This document shows, piece by piece, positions 19,291 to 26,932 of a stretch of DNA of 32,000 bases. The notes beneath the pieces are model-generated. The model saw nothing but the letters and a program-made list of their open reading frames with translations. It made no database searches and was not told the origin of the DNA. This stretch comes from Candidatus Saccharibacteria bacterium oral taxon 488 (GTDB lineage Bacteria > Patescibacteriota > Saccharimonadia > Saccharimonadales > Saccharimonadaceae), in the NCBI GenBank assembly GCA_010202845.1, contig CP047921.1:540001-572000 (forward strand), read 5' to 3'. Within the stretch, counting starts at the first letter, position 1. Each line of letters starts with the position of its first letter. Position numbers and translations under genes: made by a program.

Positions 19291-19917
19291 TTATACTACA
19301 TTTTCTGGATCATAAAAATGATCTAGCTGAGCATCTAGCAGCGCCCGCACCTCATCATAATATCGACCAACAACAGGATGTCTCTGGGCCTTTTCGCGAT
19401 GCGGTATCATATGATACTGGTACGCTTCACGAGTTGTGCGACAATGATGAGCATACTCACCTCCATCAAGATAGTCATAGGCAACCGGCATAAATTTATC
19501 AAGCGCATAGACGAAACATGCTTCTTCGCTAGAAAAAGATTCGTATTCCTTAATCGTTTCAGCGATCCATGGCATATATGAGAAATCTGATTGAATACGC
19601 TCCAACGCTGCTGCCTCACGAATTTTTCGCTCAGATGAATTTGCCGCCTGGCTATCCATTGCCGATACATCACCCGAATAGACCTCTACAACATCATGAA
19701 CAATGGCAAATTGGGCAACTTTACCAATATCTAATTTCGGATTAATCTGCGGAGCGAGCGCACACGCTAACAATGCTAAAGCCCAGGAATGTTCCGCATC
19801 ATTTTCCCTCAGTGGTGATCGTTTTGGCGGCACGATATCACGATGAATATAATACATCGGCACGATTAATGAACTAATCAGCTGGAGTATATGCTGAACA
19901 TTTGGAGGTCGTTTCAT
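19291..19917 (-). CDS. HD domain protein, YfbR-like 5'-deoxynucleotidase family
   Basis: 208 aa. The motifs ENDAEHSWALALLA, IVHDVVEVYSGDV and EACFVYALDKF fit the YfbR/HD_3 metal-dependent phosphohydrolase pattern. Confidence 0.78.
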   Translation of the reverse strand: MKRPPNVQHILQLISSLIVPMYYIHRDIVPPKRSPLRENDAEHSWALALLACALAPQINPKLDIGKVAQFAIVHDVVEVYSGDVSAMDSQAANSSERKIREAAALERIQSDFSYMPWIAETIKEYESFSSEEACFVYALDKFMPVAYDYLDGGEYAHHCRTTREAYQYHMIPHREKAQRHPVVGRYYDEVRALLDAQLDHFYDPENVV

Positions 19918-19923
19918 AGATTT

Positions 19924-19931
19924 AGTATACT
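19924..19931. promoter_or_regulatory. Palindromic AGTATACT core giving a TATACT -10 box on both strands
   Basis: On the minus strand TATACT (19929-19924) is followed by 6 nt and the ATG at 19917. On the plus strand TATACT (19926-19931) is followed by 7 nt and the ATG at 19939. The intergenic region is 21 bp with no SD on either side. Confidence 0.45.
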
Positions 19932-19938
19932 ATAAGCC

Positions 19939-20120
19939 ATGAAACAAATAGTACACATCCACGATGGCAATACATTTAATAATCGTACACGATTATCTTA
20001 AGACGCTTTAAAATGATACTGTCACGACTCTACACACCGAAATGGCGTAAATGGTTGACCTAAACATAAATGATACTGGTCTTGTTGGCCGACATGCCAA
20101 ACTCGATTTACTGTTTCAAA
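19939..20120 (+). pseudogene. Decayed remnant of a small alpha/beta (serine) hydrolase-like gene
   Basis: The ATG at 19939 gives MKQIVHIHDGNTFNNRTRLS followed by a stop. Shifted frames continue with ...PKWRKWLT(stop) and ...LLADMPNSIY.... These fragments resemble the order VxIHGG..., W..WL, MPN seen in YdeN/RBBP9-type hydrolases. Multiple stops and frameshifts are present. Assignment is from memory of the family pattern only. Confidence 0.3.
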
Positions 20121-20179
20121 AATTATTCTATTCAATTAGACAAACTGTCTGTAGATTATCCTCATTTTACATACTACAT

Positions 20180-20548
20180 CTAAAGTGCCGTTATCCAAAA
20201 ACATATTCCGGCTATAAGTGAAATTGGAGTCATTACATATTTTTCTTTCTTACTTTTTGAAATGATGTTCATAATAGTATTTAACGATAGATAAGCGGCA
20301 AAGAAGAAGCAAATATATTTAGTAACCGTAAAAGACAACCACAAGGAAATAAAACCTCCGGCTTGCAAAATAATTATCATGGCAAAAATTTGGATAACCA
20401 CTGAAATAACTGCCGCAACCCTCAATTTCTTAGGTAAGATTTTATGTTGTCCGCCCATGGTAAATTCGCCCAAAGGCAAGCCGCAAGCGACAAGAACTGT
20501 CATAGTTGCTATAATTCCAAATAATACTGCACCTAATATTGAAAACAT
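20180..20548 (-). CDS. Hypothetical small integral membrane protein (about 4 TM)
   Basis: 122 aa, four hydrophobic segments, AGGGAG upstream, markedly AT-rich codon usage. No family recognised. Confidence 0.6.
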   Translation of the reverse strand: MFSILGAVLFGIIATMTVLVACGLPLGEFTMGGQHKILPKKLRVAAVISVVIQIFAMIIILQAGGFISLWLSFTVTKYICFFFAAYLSLNTIMNIISKSKKEKYVMTPISLIAGICFWITAL

Positions 20549-20662
20549 AAATCAATATTCTCCCTTCGCAAAATACAAAAATTCAGTTGCAAATTCAACT
20601 TTATTTCACTCAATATTTTCACTTATATTATAGCTCCCCAAGAGAGCTTTTATCGACAATCC

Positions 20663-20736
20663 TGGAGGCACGTACGAGAGTCGAACTCGTCTAAAAGGTT
20701 TTGCAGACCTCTGCGTAACCGCTCCGCCAACGCGCC
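20663..20736 (-). tRNA. tRNA-Cys (anticodon GCA), CCA encoded
   Basis: Reverse complement is GGCGCGTTGGCGGAGCGGTTACGCAGAGGTCTGCAAAACCTTTTAGACGAGTTCGACTCTCGTACGTGCCTCCA. The cloverleaf folds with anticodon loop CUGCAAA, T-loop TTCGACT and discriminator U73, which is typical of tRNA-Cys. Confidence 0.92.
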
Positions 20737-20749
20737 GCTCTGTTACATT

Positions 20750-20836
20750 TGGTGCGAGCGAGAAGACTTGAACTTCCACGAACTTGCGTTCACTAGCCCC
20801 TCAAGCTAGCGCGTCTACCAATTCCGCCACGCCCGC
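20750..20836 (-). tRNA. tRNA-Leu (anticodon GAG), CCA encoded
   Basis: Reverse complement is GCGGGCGTGGCGGAATTGGTAGACGCGCTAGCTTGAGGGGCTAGTGAACGCAAGTTCGTGGAAGTTCAAGTCTTCTCGCTCGCACCA. Anticodon stem CTAGC/GCTAG, loop UUGAGGG and a long variable arm. Confidence 0.9.
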
Positions 20837-20849
20837 ATGACCACTTACC

Positions 20850-20855
20850 ATTATA
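20850..20855 (-). promoter_or_regulatory. TATAAT -10 box upstream of the tRNA-Leu(GAG)/tRNA-Cys unit
   Basis: Minus strand reads CAGGTATAATGGTAAGTGGTCAT followed by the tRNA 5' end at 20836. Confidence 0.4.
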
Positions 20856-20860
20856 CCTGA

Positions 20861-22654
20861 TTACGGTGTTTTGTAAACGGATTCACGGCGAACCGTCCAG
20901 TAGATCACGTCGGCGAACCGATCGGTGGGATATACTAACCGCATCGACTTACCGAGCGCCGACACGGAACGCAAGTGAATGTAATCCAGTTGCACTTGAT
21001 ATAGTGCGAGGGCTGGCACATCAGACTGCCAATGCTTGGTAAACGTTTGGTATTTGCTCACTCGTTGTTTGGCATTTTGTTTGGTGCGACCAGCCGCGAG
21101 GGCATCATCGGCCACCGCGCTGTTATAGTTAGCAAAATTGAGACCGCCTTGATTGGCCTGTGACGAATGCCAGTAGGCAAAGACGTCAGCGTCACCGCCC
21201 AGCACCAACTCATACAGTAGCACGTCAAAGCCGCGCGGCCGCAGGACGGACTGCAAAACGTTCTGCGAGGCATCATTTGGATCAACCACCCTTAGGTCAA
21301 CGGTGATATGCAGCGTTTCCTGCCAGACTTTTACGAGTTCACGCGCAATAGTTTCAAAATCAGAGCCCTTGAGCGTCACGAACGACAATTGCAAAACCTG
21401 CTCGCCCTTTTTACGCTGATTACCGACTACTTTCCATCCTTCTTCGTCCAGTAATTTTTTCGCTGCTTCTGTGTCATACGGCAAACGACCGGCCAGTTGC
21501 CCATCCACTTGGTCGTCAAAAATTGGGCCGTGCAGTGGCTTCTTGGCAAAGGCAAACTTATCACGCAGTGCTTGGGTATTAATCGACTGGACCAGCGCTT
21601 GTCGAACTTTGCGCGAACTCACCATTTCGCTCTGGGTGTTAAATAATGCGTAGACACCATCGTTAATAGCGTACGACCGCGAGGCATACATGTGACGGAT
21701 CTGGTCTGACTGAGCCATGTATGACAACTCCGGTGTGGCCATAATTTCACTCGTCTTGAGACCTTTGGTGATCTCGTCCCGCGTCGGATATACATACAGC
21801 TGAAAGCGATCCAGCTTTGGCGCGCCATGATGATACTGTGAGTTCGCCACGAGATGAAGCACTTTTTTCGACCCTTCAGCATTGGCATTCTGTAGAATCC
21901 GCATAGCAAACGGCCCAGAGGTTACGGGCGACTTACCATAACCATGCTCGCGTAGCTCAGCTGGATTAACTTCACTGAGGCTGTGCTGAGGCAAAACCGG
22001 AAAGGTGAGGGCGTGCATGAATGGTGCGTATGGGGCCGGCAGGATAAATTGCACCGTTCGCTCGTCAACCTGCTTGACGTTGATCGACTGCCAGCCGGTA
22101 ATCGTTGACTGCGTCCGCGCATCTTTGAGTAAATTAACAGTAAACACCACGTCGCGAGCATCCAGTGGCGCTCCGTCTGACCACCTGAGATTACGGCGCA
22201 ATTTGACCGTGTACTCAGTCTCGGCCTCATTGACTGTGACCGACTCAGCGAGGTCTCCTTTGATGTGTCCGGTCGTATCATAATTATAGAGACTCGCAAA
22301 CATCAGTCGGGCCGCTGATTTTTCGGCACTACTACGAGCAAAGATTGGATTAAGCGTCTCTAGTGGCCCCAGCACACCCTCTGAGTACGACCCGCCCTTG
22401 GCGGGCGCATTATGAGCGTATAATTCACGAAACGATAGCCACTGCACCATACTGATGGTAATCAATAGAATAACCAGAAAGATCCACCCCAGGACATGGC
22501 GCTTGACTCCAGCCAAATGTTCGAGGCGCGAAGAGATAAACATATGCGTGTGACGCAAGGTCGTTTTAGTCAGTTTTTGCGCTTGCCCATCAAGGTCTTT
22601 TGTTGCGAAGTCCAGCCGCAGAAATTTTTTCCAAGATGATTTTTTTGTGTCCAA
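20861..22654 (-). CDS. ABC transporter substrate-binding protein, family 5 (peptide/nickel type), TM-anchored
   Basis: 597 aa. TTG start with AGGAG 6 nt upstream. N-terminal TM helix (VLGWIFLVILLITISMV) followed by an SBP_bac_5-like domain (GGSYSEGVLGPLETLNPIFA...). No permease or ATPase genes are adjacent. Confidence 0.8.
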   Translation of the reverse strand: MDTKKSSWKKFLRLDFATKDLDGQAQKLTKTTLRHTHMFISSRLEHLAGVKRHVLGWIFLVILLITISMVQWLSFRELYAHNAPAKGGSYSEGVLGPLETLNPIFARSSAEKSAARLMFASLYNYDTTGHIKGDLAESVTVNEAETEYTVKLRRNLRWSDGAPLDARDVVFTVNLLKDARTQSTITGWQSINVKQVDERTVQFILPAPYAPFMHALTFPVLPQHSLSEVNPAELREHGYGKSPVTSGPFAMRILQNANAEGSKKVLHLVANSQYHHGAPKLDRFQLYVYPTRDEITKGLKTSEIMATPELSYMAQSDQIRHMYASRSYAINDGVYALFNTQSEMVSSRKVRQALVQSINTQALRDKFAFAKKPLHGPIFDDQVDGQLAGRLPYDTEAAKKLLDEEGWKVVGNQRKKGEQVLQLSFVTLKGSDFETIARELVKVWQETLHITVDLRVVDPNDASQNVLQSVLRPRGFDVLLYELVLGGDADVFAYWHSSQANQGGLNFANYNSAVADDALAAGRTKQNAKQRVSKYQTFTKHWQSDVPALALYQVQLDYIHLRSVSALGKSMRLVYPTDRFADVIYWTVRRESVYKTP

Positions 22655-22663
22655 GGCGCGCTC

Positions 22664-22900
22664 CTAGCCCTTCAGACTCGGCAACACCAAACTCGCCAAG
22701 ATCGACAGCACGAACACAACAGCAAACACAATAGTCACATCAAACAAGTTCTTGTCAAAACCTCGCCGCGTGGTGAACAGCTCGCCCGACGAGCCAAAGC
22801 CTGCGCCCAAGCTAGCACCACGCTGCTGCAACAATATGGCAATGATCATCAAAATGGCTGATCCTAATGTGACATACGGCAAAATAGTATCAAGTGACAT
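22664..22900 (-). CDS. secG: Preprotein translocase subunit SecG
   Basis: 78 aa with two TM helices flanking LLQQRGASLGAGFGSSGELFTTRRG. AAGGAG lies upstream. Confidence 0.85.
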   Translation of the reverse strand: MSLDTILPYVTLGSAILMIIAILLQQRGASLGAGFGSSGELFTTRRGFDKNLFDVTIVFAVVFVLSILASLVLPSLKG

Positions 22901-22909
22901 ACTTTCTCC

Positions 22910-23281
22910 TTATTCTGGCGCCGGCTTGATAACGAAGGCGCTACTTACTATATAGTTTACCAGACTGAGTATGATTCCGGCAAGAATTGACGAGCCAAAA
23001 CTCATGGATAATCCCGGCGCCAGTGCCAATGATATGTAAACCATGATGCCATTCACTACCAGCGTAAATAAACCGAGTGTGAGCAAGATCGCCGGTAGTG
23101 ATAAAATGACAACGATTGGTTTTAAGATAGAGTTGACGATCGAAAAAATTAAACCAGCGAGGACAAACGTTGCCGTCGTCTCGACCACTGGCTCACTCGT
23201 CCCGAGAAGCCGCACCGCCACCCAGATGCCAACAGAATTAAGTATCCACCTGACAAAAAATATTGCAAATTGTCGTCTCAT
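22910..23281 (-). CDS. Phage holin family 4 / DUF360 membrane protein
   Basis: 123 aa with 4 TM helices. The pattern VNSILKPIVVILSLPAILLTLGLFTLVVNGIMVYI is typical of DUF360 (Phage_holin_4_2) proteins. Confidence 0.7.
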   Translation of the reverse strand: MRRQFAIFFVRWILNSVGIWVAVRLLGTSEPVVETTATFVLAGLIFSIVNSILKPIVVILSLPAILLTLGLFTLVVNGIMVYISLALAPGLSMSFGSSILAGIILSLVNYIVSSAFVIKPAPE

Positions 23282-23306
23282 GACTACATTTCATTATATC
23301 ATAACG

Positions 23307-23675
23307 CTAACAGGCGCCGTCGACTACCTTGCGCTCAGTGCTCTTGATGTGCATCTGGAGTTGCTGGCGACTACTCGTCCCCTCAATGCAGATCGCGGCC
23401 GGCGTCGAGCCAGACGGCGGGATTGTTCGTACAGTGATTACGATGTCTGGCGAGCCACTCTTGAACGACTGCGGCAATGTCGTTGGGTATGACCCTTTGA
23501 AGTTTTTTTCCTGCTCCGCCGCTGATAGCGCATTCTGTAGATCTGACGTTATAGCCTTACGCACCGTCTCTTTGCGCCACCCGTTATAGCTGACGAGACC
23601 GATACCCGCCAAGATGCCGATAACCACAACGACAATTAGTACTTCTATGACGGTAAATCCATGCTTTCGTATCAT
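23307..23675 (-). CDS. Type IV pilin / pseudopilin with prepilin N-terminal cleavage-methylation motif
   Basis: MIRKHG/FTVIEVLIVVVVIGILAGI (G-F-T-x-x-E class III signal) and a C-terminal Cys pair (AAICIEG ... DGAC). It starts 2 nt after the uvrC stop. Confidence 0.8.
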   Translation of the reverse strand: MIRKHGFTVIEVLIVVVVIGILAGIGLVSYNGWRKETVRKAITSDLQNALSAAEQEKNFKGSYPTTLPQSFKSGSPDIVITVRTIPPSGSTPAAICIEGTSSRQQLQMHIKSTERKVVDGAC

Positions 23676-23677
23676 AC

Positions 23678-25270
23678 TTATGATGATAGCATAAGCATGA
23701 TCTTTTTCGCTAGCTCTTTATCCACGATTTTTTCCAGGTCGGTGAGTGAGGCATTCCGTATACGGCTGATGCTGCCAAATTTTTTCAGCAATTTCGCGCG
23801 GGTTTTTGGCCCCACACCAGGAATTTCTTCCAGCTGGTTTTTCGTTTGCTGCTGACGCTTCAGCGCCGTGTGGTAACTCACCGCAAAGCGGTGCGACTCA
23901 TCGCGGATGCGCTGGAACAGTTTGATGATGTCGGTTGTCGCGAGACCGCTCTCGTCTGTCGTCGGACGTTCTTTACGATTTTGCTCGGTACTGGCTCGCA
24001 AGTTTTTTGAATGCGAACCGGCGTTACGCTGGCCTGGATGTAAATTCACCACATAAACATCGCCGTCTTCGTGAATAGCGACGCCTGCCCGCGACTGCGA
24101 CTGGAGCTGTTTGATGAACGCCGTATCAATCTGCGAACCAGTTTTATGCACTAGCAGCTCTTCCTCACGCTTGGCGATGCTGATAATCGGCACAGTGACG
24201 CCACGCTCATCACGCGCTTTGATAGCCGCCGCCAGCTGACCTTTGCCGCCATCAATGAGCAGCAGACCAGGACGGCCCCAGCTTTTTAGATTACGCTCGC
24301 TCAGCCGGCGAAAAATCGTCTGATACATATTGCCAGTATCATCATTTTTCTCGCTGACTTTGAATTTGCGATACTCCGCCCGATCGCTCGCGCCATTGGT
24401 AAATACCACCATACTGGCGACCACTTGCCGCCCGCTCATGTGCGAAATATCATAACCCTCGATGCGTGCTGGAATACCTTTTAGACCCAACAATTTTGCC
24501 AAATCAGCCAGCGCCTTGTCTTTTGAAATGTCCAAAAATTCTTTATCGCCAAAACAAACCCGCCGCTGCAATTCCTGCATGGCACGCAGTTTATTGCGAA
24601 GATCCGCCGCCCGCTCAAAATCGTGCAGTCCAGCCGCCGTTTTCATATCGCGCTCCAGCTCAGCGGCGATGGCTTTACGGTTGCCCTTTATATAGCTGAT
24701 GAGCTTGCGTAGATTAGCTTTGTATAGCTCCGGCCCATCACTCAGCCGCGGACTCAAACCCAAATCTTCATCCAACTTCGACTGCCCTGGCCGTCGCTGC
24801 CTGGTCAAATACGGAAACACTCGCCGCAAATATCGCAAGGCTTTTTTAAAGGCGAAGCCATTATAAAACGGGCCAATATATTCTGCACCGTCATCGGCTG
24901 GATTGCGCGTAAAACTGACGGTCGGCCACTCACTTTTCATGTCGATTCGCACATACATCTGCGACTTATCATCACGCAGCAGCACGTTGTAGCGCGGCAT
25001 ATAGCGCTTGACCATCTCGCTCTCCAGAAACAGCGCGTCAACCTCGCTCTCGGTCTCAATCCAATCGGTATCAGCAATTTCCGCCACCAACGCCATGGTT
25101 TTATTGTCCCGCCCGCGCGAATCCTGAAAATACTGGCGCACGCGGTTTTTCAGCGCCGCCGCCTTGCCCACATAAATAATCTCGCCGCTGGCCGACTTAT
25201 GAAAATAGACACCGGGAGTGCGCGGTAGGGTTTTGAGTTTTTGCTGCAACCGTTGATTCACAGCTACCAT
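23678..25270 (-). CDS. uvrC: Excinuclease ABC subunit C
   Basis: 530 aa. GIY-YIG module (GVYFHKSASGEIIYVGKAAALKNRVRQYF), an RNase H-like endonuclease domain and a C-terminal HhH (IPGVGPKTRAKLLKKFGS). Confidence 0.93.
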   Translation of the reverse strand: MVAVNQRLQQKLKTLPRTPGVYFHKSASGEIIYVGKAAALKNRVRQYFQDSRGRDNKTMALVAEIADTDWIETESEVDALFLESEMVKRYMPRYNVLLRDDKSQMYVRIDMKSEWPTVSFTRNPADDGAEYIGPFYNGFAFKKALRYLRRVFPYLTRQRRPGQSKLDEDLGLSPRLSDGPELYKANLRKLISYIKGNRKAIAAELERDMKTAAGLHDFERAADLRNKLRAMQELQRRVCFGDKEFLDISKDKALADLAKLLGLKGIPARIEGYDISHMSGRQVVASMVVFTNGASDRAEYRKFKVSEKNDDTGNMYQTIFRRLSERNLKSWGRPGLLLIDGGKGQLAAAIKARDERGVTVPIISIAKREEELLVHKTGSQIDTAFIKQLQSQSRAGVAIHEDGDVYVVNLHPGQRNAGSHSKNLRASTEQNRKERPTTDESGLATTDIIKLFQRIRDESHRFAVSYHTALKRQQQTKNQLEEIPGVGPKTRAKLLKKFGSISRIRNASLTDLEKIVDKELAKKIMLMLSS

Positions 25271-25282
25271 TATATCAAGTGA

Positions 25283-26098
25283 TCACGTCTTGCCGACGAA
25301 ACCACTGAGTACGCCATCCAGTTCGCCTTGAGCAAGTCGTACCGCCCACTCTTGACGCTCAAGGAATGATAGCAATCCAGCCTTTAGCCCAAACCAGCCT
25401 AACTTTTTTCTAGCTTCGGCAACTTTTTTTGATTGTTCCCTGAACGTATAATACTGATCGCGACAATCTTGCGGAATATCTGAAATTTTACGGTTTGGCA
25501 TTATAACTTTTATTAACTCCTCGACTTTTTCTTTGTCTTTTGGACGCCAGCCGGTAATTGAACGACATCCGTACGCTCCTAACTGAGCAATTGGATTAAG
25601 GACAGCACACACCGTCTCGCCATCTCTCTTCACAAGCCACTGATCAAGACTAGATAAAGGAATTTCCGTCTCAATACCGCCAAGACGCCAGTATAGACGA
25701 CTTTCTTCTTCTCCTTCAACAGCAACATAACGATCACCAACAAAGTCAAATATACCACGACGATTTTTCTTGTATGGGTTAAGTCCAAAGGTTGAAATTA
25801 CTAACTTATCACCGATAGTATCGGTCATTTCCTGCTGGCAACCCTTCACAACAGTCTTATCTGTGTTTTGCACTAATGTATCAAGGTCTCGCACCGTACC
25901 ATTTTCGCGTAAACATGGTAAGTACACGCCGCTAGGCAGATACACAACGTGATTATCCCAATCAATTTTGGCAGCGTTGGTAACTGCATGTAGACCTAGC
26001 CCGCCGACAACGTTATACGGAACTTTGTGATATTCCATCCTGTCATGAATGCTGTGTTCTACCAGCAGTGGGTATATATTTTCTGAAACTTCACTCAT
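25283..26098 (-). CDS. Hypothetical protein, possible nucleotidyltransferase-fold (weak)
   Basis: 271 aa, AAGGAC upstream. The only motif-level hint is VVGGLGLHAV ... GTVRDLDTLV, reminiscent of the GG/GS ... DxD signature of Pol-beta-type NTases but with an unusually long spacer. Confidence 0.55.
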   Translation of the reverse strand: MSEVSENIYPLLVEHSIHDRMEYHKVPYNVVGGLGLHAVTNAAKIDWDNHVVYLPSGVYLPCLRENGTVRDLDTLVQNTDKTVVKGCQQEMTDTIGDKLVISTFGLNPYKKNRRGIFDFVGDRYVAVEGEEESRLYWRLGGIETEIPLSSLDQWLVKRDGETVCAVLNPIAQLGAYGCRSITGWRPKDKEKVEELIKVIMPNRKISDIPQDCRDQYYTFREQSKKVAEARKKLGWFGLKAGLLSFLERQEWAVRLAQGELDGVLSGFVGKT

Positions 26099-26116
26099 AC
26101 TATAGTCCTTGTCCGC

Positions 26117-26854
26117 CTATTGTAAATCATTTGCCTTAGTTATATCAAGTAAATACCCTTCCAAAAACTCACTCCACTCCGGCACATTCTTCTCGCGGAA
26201 ATAGGCACGAAGGAAATCAACCATAACGTGCTGACGCTTCCTCGCTTCTATTCGCCCCGGCTCCGTCAGCATCAAGCCCTTCAACTTCAGCAGCTTCTCA
26301 AAAAAGTGATTAATAAAGCCGTCGGTATCATGCGTGTTGCCGTTAATGTCGTATTCGTGCGCCGCTAGATCAACATTTGGCCAAACCGCGGGGTCAAAAA
26401 TCCGCCCACCGTGATGGCAGGCATACATCAACCCTCGCTCAATCCCAACCGCGCCAATAGCATCGCACATGTCAGCGTCAGACACTAGCTGCCCCGCCAG
26501 CCGCCGCGGCTGCTGGCCGTTCAGCCGTTTGCTATAACCAATCGTCGCAATATTTTCTAATACCGCCTGACGTAGGCCAGCGGCCACTCCCGCCTCCGCC
26601 ATACTATTGACCGCGTTCGTCAATTTCTCTGCCTGCGCCTTGCCGACTAGTTTGTAGTCGTCGACGTCATGCAGCCAAGCCGTCAGCAACACTTCTTGCA
26701 GATCTACTGATTCGCTGCATTCGCTAGCAAAACGCTCCGCCAGCAGTGCCACCCGCTCAACGTGATCATCAGCATGACCCGATGGGTCGCCGCCTAATGT
26801 ATCACGCACTTTATTTTTTATTGTCTCAAGTTGAGCTATCTGCCGTTCGTCCAT
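26117..26854 (-). CDS. HD domain phosphohydrolase, YpgQ/YedJ-like
   Basis: 245 aa. GHADDHVERV, WLHDVDDYK, VSDADMCDAIGAVGIERG and HFFEKLLKLKGLMLT match the YpgQ/YedJ-type HD nucleotide pyrophosphohydrolase pattern. Confidence 0.8.
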   Translation of the reverse strand: MDERQIAQLETIKNKVRDTLGGDPSGHADDHVERVALLAERFASECSESVDLQEVLLTAWLHDVDDYKLVGKAQAEKLTNAVNSMAEAGVAAGLRQAVLENIATIGYSKRLNGQQPRRLAGQLVSDADMCDAIGAVGIERGLMYACHHGGRIFDPAVWPNVDLAAHEYDINGNTHDTDGFINHFFEKLLKLKGLMLTEPGRIEARKRQHVMVDFLRAYFREKNVPEWSEFLEGYLLDITKANDLQ

Positions 26855-26860
26855 AAGCTT

Positions 26861-26869
26861 ATTGTATCA
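26861..26869 (-). promoter_or_regulatory. Extended -10 box TGATACAAT 6 nt upstream of the HD-gene ATG
   Basis: Minus strand reads TGATACAAT-AAGCTT-ATG (26854), with no SD. Confidence 0.4.
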
Positions 26870-26897
26870 CCCATGCAGGTCTCGACCCACTAAACTA

Positions 26898-26926
26898 TTT
26901 TCATTTTAGCCAAGAGGCGCTATAGT
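26898..26926 (+). promoter_or_regulatory. Promoter-like TTTTCA-N17-TATAGT ending 6 nt before the GTG start of the ThrE-family gene
   Basis: TATAGT at 26921-26926, AGTGAT, then GTG at 26933. Confidence 0.35.
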
Positions 26927-26932
26927 AGTGAT

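Noticed and set aside
19124-20836. Sequence identity between the two tRNA-Leu genes (GGCGGAATTGGTAGACGCG) as possible att or direct repeats of an integrated element
   Set aside because: The identity is confined to the conserved D-arm of class II tRNA-Leu. No integrase, recombinase or partial tRNA duplication is present.
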